From an uncultured Verrucomicrobiota bacterium (lineage in GTDB: Bacteria > Verrucomicrobiota > Verrucomicrobiia > Limisphaerales > JAEYXS01), in NCBI GenBank assembly GCA_964599715.1, contig CAZRGY010000003.1, positions 1 through 32,962 of the forward strand: a stretch of 32,962 nt of DNA, in the 5' to 3' direction. The translations under genes were made by a program, and so were the position numbers. Below the pieces are notes generated by a model that was not told where the DNA came from, ran no database searches, and worked only from the letters and a program-made list of their open reading frames with translations. This document shows, piece after piece, positions 16,252 to 23,941 of the stretch (positions are counted from its first letter, which is position 1; each line of letters opens with the position of its first letter).

Positions 16252-19200
16252 TTAAATGGTCATGTATACTAAGTAGAAGCGCTGCGCAAAATAGCTTGCA
16301 TCATTGTCCAGCCAGCTTGTGGTCGTACCTGTGGCCTGAATATCATCGCTCAATTGGACCCAATCTGCGTCTGTCAGATTACTTTTACCAAGCACACGGT
16401 AGGTCTTTCCAGCAACACTGCTCCAGGCGATGCGCTGTGCGCTTCCCTCGGGTCGAACGGTAGTGCTGGAAACCGCGTTCCCTGTTATTGCGATATCGGC
16501 ATTGCCAGAAGTGCCAACAGTATATGCTGCTTCGACCATCAAGGACATCGTCGCGGTCCTAATGCCGGTAATACCGGCAACCGCAGCCGGGATCAAAGTG
16601 ACTGTGGCCGAGGCACTGCCAACCGGAATCGTCACTGTGGCCGGTAGCAAGCCGTAGTCTGTGCCGTTCACTGCGGTACCACCATAGGTCACGTTCACCG
16701 TAAGAGCCGCAATGGTGCTCCCGGTCCGGGTGAGGGTAAAGACACCCGGATCCGCCCCTGCTTGCGAAGCAGTAGGATCGGTCGCGATTACGCTAACCGA
16801 GGGTAGAGCAATAGCATTGTCGTTGTCATAGAGATAAACGGTGGCGGTGTTCTCTGAGCCGAGGTTGTAGGTCGCATCTGCCTGGATGGTCAGAATGGCC
16901 GTCTCAGTGACTTCCTCCTCGGCATCATCCACGGCATAGATGGTTAGTGTAACCGTCTGGGCACCCGCCGGAATGATGATAGATTCCGGCATATCACCTT
17001 GCGCACGGCGGAAATCACTCCATTTACCGGCGGTTCCACTGAACTTGTAGTTTACGGTCAGTGCCGAACTCGTGTTACCCGTGCGCGTGAAGGTGTAGTA
17101 GGCGGTATCTTCGCCTTCGGTGGCGCCAGGATCAGTCGCGACAACACTAACGGTCGGCAGGCTGTTCGTGGCGAAGAAGCTTATCGCAGCCACGGCCCGG
17201 CGGCCATCGGGCCATTGCGCTTCGGCTTCCACCCATTGGTCACCGTAGCTGACCGGGTGGAAGGTGAAGGTGCTGCCGTATGCAGGTTCTTGATCGCGGG
17301 CTTCCCAGGCTATGCGAGCACCGTTCAGATCAAGGCCATCTACCTGCATGGTAGCGGTGATGAGGCCATTCGTGCCGATTTCCGTGGGCACACCGATGAT
17401 CCGAGCGGTAGTGGACTTCCATGGCTGCGTCTTCGTGGCTGTCAACGTGGCGAGGTAGGCGATGCTGGCGATGCCGCGAGCCTGGGCAACGGCCACGAAC
17501 TCGGTGGTCACGTTGAAGTTATCCGCCCAACGGTCATAGAAGGGGTAGGGAGCCGTGCCGGCATCGTCGGAAGGGAAGGTCAGGGCGGTCAGCTCAGAAC
17601 CGTAGTTCTCAGAGTAGTTGAAACCACCCTGGATATTCCCAATCGGAATACCAGCGGGCGGCATGACGCGGCGGTCGCTCTGCGCATATTGATGAACGAT
17701 CTCGCGCTGGCGTTTCCAGCCCATGCCCGTCAGATAGCTGACGTTGACCGGGTTGTTGCCCGCTTCATAGTTCAGGTTGGCGAGGATGGCATCCAGATAC
17801 TCGGCTCTGGGCGTGATCTGCTGGGCCACCGCGATATCGAAGGCCTGTTCGTTGGAGAAGTACCAGCCTGCGCCGCGAACGCGTTTGGTCGCATCCGGGA
17901 AGCTGCTGCCATAGGCGCCTTGATTCGACCAGAGGAGCGCGTCGTTACCGCCGGCGATGATCTGGGCTTCACATTTGGCGAGATAAGCGGCGTTCAACTG
18001 GCCCGAGGTCAGGCGACCACTACGGGCGGCAAAGGCGTAACTACGGATGGCGTGGCCATAGGAGCCATACAAACGCCACCAGCCCCAGCGGAAGGTCGCG
18101 GCGTTGCTAGGGTCGGGGAACCATTCGGCCAGCTTTTGCTGATATTGGCTTTCACCGGTGGCGGCGAACATCTCGGCTGCGGCCCAGGCCAGTTCGTCAT
18201 CATGGCGATAGTCGTCACCGTAGTGGGTGATTTTCTGGTAGGCGCCGTCTTTGCCGTAGCGGGCAATGGCAGTCGTGAGGAATTGCCAGCCCAGCCTGGC
18301 TTGCTGCAAGTAGGCGGCAGCGGCCACAGGGTACGCCTGCTTGAAGCGCGGTGATGAAGCAGTTTGGGCGAGGGCGGCCACGGCGGCCGCCGTAGAGGCG
18401 GTGGTCTTGGGCCAGACCACCTGGGCATCACCATGGTCCGGTTGCGTGCCGCTCTCGTACTCGCGCTCGCGGGGGTAAACGAGGAAGTAGAAACCCCCAT
18501 CAGTGTCCTGGAGCTTGGCCACATAGTCAGCTTCCCATTTGGCCGCTTGCATCAGATCGCTGATGCCGTCACTGCTTTCGGGGACACCGAGGTTATCCAA
18601 GGCAGCCACACCCGGGATGGAATCCACGGCGAACATCAGGTAATGGATCAGATTGGCGCTGTTGATCGTGTATTTGCTGTAGTCACCGGCATCATGATGA
18701 CCGCCCGAAAGGTCCAAGGCTCCCGTTTTCACGAACGGATAGAGCTGGGCAGCCGGACTGGTCAGCAAAGGAGCTGTTTGCGCCGGATTATCCACGTTCG
18801 CTTTCATGGCGTAGTTGGAGATCGTGGTCCAGGTGAACTGGAACGAGGATGAAGGCATCGGCACACTGACCAGTGCATGATGGCAGTTTTCATGGGTATG
18901 ACGGGTGAAGGGCATGACATTGTTGGTGCCGCAGCGCTGGTGATACAAGCCCAGGGCATAAGCGCGGGTGAAGCCCATCGCGACGCCCTCATCGATCATA
19001 AATGGCAGCGAGGCACCAAGACCGGGAACCATCAATTGATATTCACCGGGAGTGGTAAAGCTGGTGAAGTCCGCTTCCAAGACCTTCTGGTAAGGTGTCG
19101 GGCTGTAGGAATAACCGACATCGGCGCGGACTTTGAGGGTCCCTTGATACACGGAGACACCACTATGGATGTTCACGAGGGAGAAGCCCAAGGAACTGGC

Positions 19201-22200
19201 GATATTCATCTCACCCAAGCTGCCGAGGTAGTAGCCGACCATCGCCTTTTTCGGCAGAGCGGGCACATAGCCTTCTTGATTAACATGGATGGCGGGGCTG
19301 TAGCGCAGGGGTTCGGCCTTGGCGGTGAACTGCATGGTGGAAGACCAAAGCAAACCGCTGGGGTTTTTCACTTCGACCACCTGATTACTGCCCACCGCGG
19401 TGGCAAGTTGCAGGTAGAGTGAGTTGTCGATGCGCAGATCGCGGGGCGACAGGGGCGCATAGAGCGGGCGGCGTTTGAAGCCGACCGATTGGACCGCCAC
19501 TGGCTGGCCGTCCACCGTCACAACGAACTCGCCAAGTGCGGGCGCGGTGAAGGTGCCGGAATTCACAAAATTCCAGATCGTTGGGGTGCCATTCATCGGC
19601 TTCGTGCCGATGGCGTGCAGTTCGAGCAGGGTGGGTGACAGAATATTGAGGCCGCTGTCGCCGACTTTAGGCAGGGTCATGTCCACGTAATTGACCACAC
19701 TTACGGAGGCGGCAGTAAGGTTTGTGACTACCACATTCGTCGAGGGAGGCACTGCAGTCACACTAACGAGGTTGAGCGTAAGTACATTGGTCGTTGCCAC
19801 TGTATAGAACGCATTCGTCGCCAAGGTAAGGGTCATCGTTGCCGGATTTGCCGCCGTCACATTCGCGACTGCCATTATGGTGAGATTGGCTGAGGCTGCC
19901 CCGGCGGGAATTGTGATCGTCACAGGCATATCGCCTTCTGGGCGACGATAATCCACCCATTTCACCGCAGATCCGCCCAAGGTGAAATTGATGACCAAAG
20001 AGTTACTCGTAGCACCCGTTCGGGAGAAGGTGAATACCCCATTGTCATTGGTGCCGATGGTAGCAATTCCATCAACTACCGTAGCTGAAACCTCGGGCAA
20101 TACTGGAATCTCTGGAGCAAAGTCGCCGGAGAATTTACCGGCGTAATCCCAAGTGGCACGCCCATTGTATGTGGTGAAGGCCATGCCATTGAGTTTCTTC
20201 CCTTCCAGCCCCACGGCACTGGCCGGAACTTCGAGGCGGATCCACTGACCAGTCACCGGCAAGGCACCTGCATAGTAACGGCTGGCAGTGCCACTAGCCC
20301 CATAGGTGATCAGATTGGCCCCCCAATAGGCGCGATGTTCCCATGATCCATCAGTCCATTGCAGCATCAGTTCAGACGGCGGGTTCGCAGGATCAAGATA
20401 GACGTAGGTAAAGAGTTTATCACCAGCATTCACACTCAATGTGGTCGTAGCGGAAACGAAATAGTGCTGGTGAAGTCCGGTGGCAATCCCCGATTGATGA
20501 GCGACATTGCCCGCGAAAGGAGCCGGGCCGGTATTCACCCATTTCCAAGCATCCCCGCCATCAGCCGAAAGGGAAGCGCCGCCCGGTGCCGCATCATCAA
20601 CCCAAACGGTTGTGCTGCCGTTTGCAGGAGGGACCGTCGGGGTATCAATGACAGGCACAACCACACCGGTGATGGTCCAGAACTGCCCCTGGCTGGCGTT
20701 ATAGTAAGTGCCGCTCGGGGTGTTCTCCAATTTGACCGCCCGTACCATGTAGGTATTCGTGCCGTTAAGCGGAGCGGTATCGAGGAATGATGCAGTGGTC
20801 ACCAAAGAGCTGTTCAAACGCGTAAATGGTCCGGTCAAAGTGGCCGAACGATAAACGTGATACCCAATGATATTATCGGGCGAGGCCGTCCAAGCCAGAC
20901 TCACCCCTGTGACAAGCGAGGTGCCGCTGACATTGCTGACCGGCGAAACAGGGTGCATGCGCAAGGTAGGATCGCCCATGAGCGCCACATGGATTCCACC
21001 CGCGCCGTTGTTCATTTGGTTCTTGTATAGGCCTGTATTGTTCTGCGTGAGACGAGTACTGTAACCGATAGTCTCGCCCAAACCCATGTGCTGAAAAAAC
21101 CAGTGAGGACGCCCCGACCAGCAACTGGTCAAACCGAAATCTTTCGTCGCCAGAACGGAACGCAGGAGGTTGTCTTCCGAATCCCAATCCCCCAGCCAGC
21201 TACCAAAGAGCATGGTAAACACAGACCGGATATTAGCGTCGACCAGGTCAGTGGAATACATCTCATTGTACAATCCTGAGTCGCCCAAGCCACTTATGCT
21301 GGAATATGTGCCCGGACCGCATCCATAAGCCCAAAGATAGTCATTGGCAGACAGCGTTGGCAGCCAGACACCTTTAAGATCGTTGAAGGCCAAATTGAGG
21401 TTTGCCGTATTGGCTGCACTGAAAAACGGGGCGAAGTTCCGGTAACCGTTGGCGGCAAAGGCTTCACCATTACTCGTGCCGAAATAATCACCCACAATCC
21501 CCCGGCGTTGGGCTGCGGTCAGGTTGTGTCGAAAATTATGGTCTTTGTTCAGGTATTGGCGCAGCAGTTCCAGTTCGCTGGGAAAAGTTGCCGGACCGCC
21601 CCAAATCTTGCGACCGGGCATATTCGCCAGGTCCACACGCCCCACTTGCAATTTCACCACAGCAGGAGGTGTGGATTGATCGAACTTACCGTCACCCGGA
21701 ACGTTACGATTACGAGCGTCGCTAGCACCTGAATTATTGACCGTGTTGTCGGTCCATACTCCATCCATGTCACCGTAAAAAACGTCGGCTGGCCACGCAC
21801 CAAAGTGCTCAGGGCTATGACCGTCCGGAACAACATTGCCAGAGTAAGCTACGGGCACATGCCCGAAGAGAAATACCGCCTTAGTGTTGGCCGGATCATT
21901 GGTGTAATCCTCCCTGATGAGATTTTTAACGCTGTTGGGAGTATCATCACGAGCGACGTCGTGGCGAATCACTGTCCAGCCATCGCCAAGCAGATCCTGC
22001 TGTAACCGGGTTAACTCCACCGTCAATTGATTGGCATACGTGTTATCCACAATCAGGATCACTTTGCCGCGACTTTCGACCAGCGGCACATTCACACCCG
22101 CGTAGATGTAGCCATAGCCAGTGTAGGACGAAGCGGACTTCACTACCTGATATTCATAAGCCTTACCGGCGAGAATGGTGGCATCCGTAAAATTAGTAGA

Positions 22201-22443
22201 TGCCCCAGTCAAGGTTATGCCATTGCCCCAAGCAGTATCCTCGGCGGCTTTCCGATAGACGGTGTAACTCGATGGTGTCCCAAGGGAATCCTGGGGCCAG
22301 TTGAGGATGACCTTGGGAGGTGAAGCTTGCACGTTTGCACTGACCTGCACGGAGAACTCCCAGACAGGTTCAACGGCTACGGAGGTCAATGACCACAGCG
22401 CAGCGATAGCTAGCGTAGCGGCGGCCTTGAATTGCTTTTTCAT
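16252..22443 (-). CDS. Giant secreted multidomain protein: FN3 / gingipain(C25)-like / FN3 / uncharacterised module / Calx-beta / Ig+GH9 / beta module / 2x Calx-beta / C-terminal tail
   Basis: Uninterrupted 2063-codon ORF. Signal peptide MKKQFKAAATLAIAALWSLTSVA. Approximate domains in aa: FN3 38-115; C25-like 125-495 (KVILIVDN..LQQDLLGDGWTV..VKNLIREDY..AVFLFGHVPV..VFYGDMDG..LQVGRV); FN3 498-590; W-rich module 610-772 (LMLQWTDGSWEHRAYWG); Calx-beta 784-890; Ig+GH9 915-1668 (HHDAGD at 18682-18699); beta module 1670-1757; Calx-beta 1763-1875 and 1880-1988; tail 1993-2063 ending RFYLVYMTI. Confidence 0.9.
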   Translation of the reverse strand: MKKQFKAAATLAIAALWSLTSVAVEPVWEFSVQVSANVQASPPKVILNWPQDSLGTPSSYTVYRKAAEDTAWGNGITLTGASTNFTDATILAGKAYEYQVVKSASSYTGYGYIYAGVNVPLVESRGKVILIVDNTYANQLTVELTRLQQDLLGDGWTVIRHDVARDDTPNSVKNLIREDYTNDPANTKAVFLFGHVPVAYSGNVVPDGHSPEHFGAWPADVFYGDMDGVWTDNTVNNSGASDARNRNVPGDGKFDQSTPPAVVKLQVGRVDLANMPGRKIWGGPATFPSELELLRQYLNKDHNFRHNLTAAQRRGIVGDYFGTSNGEAFAANGYRNFAPFFSAANTANLNLAFNDLKGVWLPTLSANDYLWAYGCGPGTYSSISGLGDSGLYNEMYSTDLVDANIRSVFTMLFGSWLGDWDSEDNLLRSVLATKDFGLTSCWSGRPHWFFQHMGLGETIGYSTRLTQNNTGLYKNQMNNGAGGIHVALMGDPTLRMHPVSPVSNVSGTSLVTGVSLAWTASPDNIIGYHVYRSATLTGPFTRLNSSLVTTASFLDTAPLNGTNTYMVRAVKLENTPSGTYYNASQGQFWTITGVVVPVIDTPTVPPANGSTTVWVDDAAPGGASLSADGGDAWKWVNTGPAPFAGNVAHQSGIATGLHQHYFVSATTTLSVNAGDKLFTYVYLDPANPPSELMLQWTDGSWEHRAYWGANLITYGASGTASRYYAGALPVTGQWIRLEVPASAVGLEGKKLNGMAFTTYNGRATWDYAGKFSGDFAPEIPVLPEVSATVVDGIATIGTNDNGVFTFSRTGATSNSLVINFTLGGSAVKWVDYRRPEGDMPVTITIPAGAASANLTIMAVANVTAANPATMTLTLATNAFYTVATTNVLTLNLVSVTAVPPSTNVVVTNLTAASVSVVNYVDMTLPKVGDSGLNILSPTLLELHAIGTKPMNGTPTIWNFVNSGTFTAPALGEFVVTVDGQPVAVQSVGFKRRPLYAPLSPRDLRIDNSLYLQLATAVGSNQVVEVKNPSGLLWSSTMQFTAKAEPLRYSPAIHVNQEGYVPALPKKAMVGYYLGSLGEMNIASSLGFSLVNIHSGVSVYQGTLKVRADVGYSYSPTPYQKVLEADFTSFTTPGEYQLMVPGLGASLPFMIDEGVAMGFTRAYALGLYHQRCGTNNVMPFTRHTHENCHHALVSVPMPSSSFQFTWTTISNYAMKANVDNPAQTAPLLTSPAAQLYPFVKTGALDLSGGHHDAGDYSKYTINSANLIHYLMFAVDSIPGVAALDNLGVPESSDGISDLMQAAKWEADYVAKLQDTDGGFYFLVYPREREYESGTQPDHGDAQVVWPKTTASTAAAVAALAQTASSPRFKQAYPVAAAAYLQQARLGWQFLTTAIARYGKDGAYQKITHYGDDYRHDDELAWAAAEMFAATGESQYQQKLAEWFPDPSNAATFRWGWWRLYGSYGHAIRSYAFAARSGRLTSGQLNAAYLAKCEAQIIAGGNDALLWSNQGAYGSSFPDATKRVRGAGWYFSNEQAFDIAVAQQITPRAEYLDAILANLNYEAGNNPVNVSYLTGMGWKRQREIVHQYAQSDRRVMPPAGIPIGNIQGGFNYSENYGSELTALTFPSDDAGTAPYPFYDRWADNFNVTTEFVAVAQARGIASIAYLATLTATKTQPWKSTTARIIGVPTEIGTNGLITATMQVDGLDLNGARIAWEARDQEPAYGSTFTFHPVSYGDQWVEAEAQWPDGRRAVAAISFFATNSLPTVSVVATDPGATEGEDTAYYTFTRTGNTSSALTVNYKFSGTAGKWSDFRRAQGDMPESIIIPAGAQTVTLTIYAVDDAEEEVTETAILTIQADATYNLGSENTATVYLYDNDNAIALPSVSVIATDPTASQAGADPGVFTLTRTGSTIAALTVNVTYGGTAVNGTDYGLLPATVTIPVGSASATVTLIPAAVAGITGIRTATMSLMVEAAYTVGTSGNADIAITGNAVSSTTVRPEGSAQRIAWSSVAGKTYRVLGKSNLTDADWVQLSDDIQATGTTTSWLDNDASYFAQRFYLVYMTI
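16480..17157 (-). repeat. Two tandem Calx-beta-like coding repeats (aa 1763-1988 of the giant protein)
   Basis: Repeated pattern V(S/A)V(V/I)ATDP..(S/T)E......(Y/F)T(F/L)TRTG.T..ALTVN......GTA...(D/S)(Y/F)........(I/V)IP(A/V)G......T(L/I). The first copy ends with the Calx-type ATVYLYDND. Confidence 0.65.
19774..20094 (-). repeat. Third (N-proximal) Calx-beta-like coding repeat (aa 784-890)
   Basis: VSATVVDGIATIGTNDNGVFTFSRTGATSNSLVINFTLGGSAVKWVDYRRPEGDMPVTITIPAGAASANLTIMAV matches the same pattern. The string KW(V/S)D(Y/F)RR..GDMP is shared with the repeat at aa 1763-1875. Confidence 0.6.
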
Positions 22444-22820
22444 GCCACCAGCCTGCGCGACTCATCATTCCTCCGTAATCAGCGGAACACTGATTGCAGT
22501 GTAGTGTTTCGGGATATTCTCCTGTCAGTGTCTCCCCTACAAAAGCCGGCTTATCATGCTGTCCACGCAACAGAAACGCTGCAACCAAGTCGCGACAAGC
22601 TCTGCTTGTTTCATGGTTCCATTGAGAAAAGCTTATTGAAAACGGGATTTATGCCAAAAAAACTGACGGAGAATGGCGCAAGAAAACTAAAAAAGGAACC
22701 GGGGGAAGTGATACCTAGTCTGAGACAGAAGAGGACAGCCTAACAGAGCACAGCAGACTTTACCCAAGAAAGCTGTGCCCGCTGATTTAATTCAGGTCAG
22801 ATACCAAGAAATAAATCAAA
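22444..22820 (-). promoter_or_regulatory. 377-bp non-coding leader/promoter region upstream of the giant gene
   Basis: Largest intergenic gap in the locus, between the Wza-like stop (22821) and ATG 22443. Contains a 7-bp hairpin GCACAGC/GCTGTGC (22748-22778) just after the Wza-like stop, and two overlapping 6-bp hairpins at 22477-22502. Confidence 0.4.
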
Positions 22821-23930
22821 TCAGAAGGTAACTGGCACGTTGACGCCTATGACAGTGTTGCCATCGGAGACCGCCCGGGCTCCTTCGTTGGCTCCGACAG
22901 TACGAACAAACGTATTCACAATCAGATCCAGATAACGAGTGAGGGTACGATATGGCGTATACGGCACGTACACGATATCTTGCGATTCCAAGGCGACATC
23001 AGGAGCCCGGCCTTTGACAATATCCCAGTAATTGACGATGGCGATCTTTGGCTCCGTCAAAGAACCACGCACAATCGCGACATGGGAAAGGTAAGCGTTT
23101 TTGATGGAACCTCCGGCTTTCGCGACGGCTGAAACCAGTGTTACCTGCTCCCCATAACTGATAGCACCAGGCAATGCTACGGCTCCAATCACATGGATTC
23201 CACGCGTAGAAGCAGCGGGTAGAAAAATGAAGTCATCCGGCTGCAGATAGAGATTTTGTGTCAAATCGCCCTCGCGTAAAAGCTTCTGGAAGTTGACGGG
23301 CAGCATCTTGCCCTGACGAATGATAAAGCTGCGTTGCAAATCGGCAGCTTCCTGTCGGCTGCTGGGAGTACCGGCGCCAGCTCCCGTAGCAAGTCCTGCC
23401 ACAGGGCTGGGTAACGCAGGTCCACCCGCACGAGAAATCGCTTCCAGCAATGTCACCGGTGTGGCCAAGGAGTAAATGCCCGGTCCATTGACCCGGCCAA
23501 GCATCCAAAAGCGTTTGCTCTCCACGCTCCGCAAGGTGAGAGAGATTTGAGGTGGTTCACGAAAGTATTCTACCAATTGGGATTCAAGCCGTGCCTTCGT
23601 TTCAGTAAGAGTCAAGCCCCACACATCCAATCCTGGCAGGAGGTAGTAATAGATTTTCCCATCTGGCCCCACGAGCGCTGTGCTCTTAGTTGCCATGTCG
23701 CCAGGTATCTGGATATCGAGGCGGTCACCCGGTCCCAGAGTAAAGGTGTTCGTCGGCATCAAAAGGCATTGGGGATCCAAAGTGTTGGTGATGGTGACGA
23801 GGTCAATGTTGGTGCTCGCTACGGAATTGGTACCACCGGTTTGACGGACGTCAAACTGCGGCCCGGTGCTGCGACATCCGAGAAGGATAAGGGCGCACAG
23901 AACAGCAGCGAGCAATGCTTTGAAATTCAT
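22821..23930 (-). CDS. Outer-membrane polysaccharide export lipoprotein (OPX, Wza-like: Poly_export + SLBB)
   Basis: ATG at 23930 (MNFKALLAAVLCALILLGCRS, lipobox LLGC) gives 369 aa. The track extension to 24044 overlaps the upstream gene. Poly_export motif TLGPGDRLDIQIPGD..., SLBB-like V.V.GAV..PG... repeats. Ends in ...VNVPVTF. Confidence 0.85.
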   Translation of the reverse strand: MNFKALLAAVLCALILLGCRSTGPQFDVRQTGGTNSVASTNIDLVTITNTLDPQCLLMPTNTFTLGPGDRLDIQIPGDMATKSTALVGPDGKIYYYLLPGLDVWGLTLTETKARLESQLVEYFREPPQISLTLRSVESKRFWMLGRVNGPGIYSLATPVTLLEAISRAGGPALPSPVAGLATGAGAGTPSSRQEAADLQRSFIIRQGKMLPVNFQKLLREGDLTQNLYLQPDDFIFLPAASTRGIHVIGAVALPGAISYGEQVTLVSAVAKAGGSIKNAYLSHVAIVRGSLTEPKIAIVNYWDIVKGRAPDVALESQDIVYVPYTPYRTLTRYLDLIVNTFVRTVGANEGARAVSDGNTVIGVNVPVTF

Positions 23931-23941
23931 AAACCTTACGA

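Noticed and set aside
16255-16467. C-terminal tail of the giant protein as a PEP-CTERM, LPXTG or T9SS sorting signal
   Set aside because: It has no PEP motif followed by a TM helix and basic tail, no LPXTG, and no motif I can match to a T9SS CTD. It resembles only a generic beta-sandwich tail ending in RFY(L/R)V, so no sorting pathway is claimed.
16999-19422. Long plus-strand ORFs (451 aa at 16999-18354, 162 aa at 18364-18852, 181 aa at 18877-19422) and a 171-aa alternate-frame minus ORF (18009-18524), all inside the giant gene
   Set aside because: They are Gly/Arg/Ala/Pro-rich low-complexity translations lying entirely off-frame or antisense to a well-supported GH9 coding frame. Stop-free alternate frames are expected in GC3-rich DNA. 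I used them only as evidence for the GC island.
22432-22743. 103-codon plus-strand ORF (TTG start) and an internal 30-codon Lys-rich ORF from ATG 22651, in the giant gene leader
   Set aside because: TTG start overlapping the giant gene's first codons on the opposite strand, with no SD or motif. This is most likely leader or promoter DNA.
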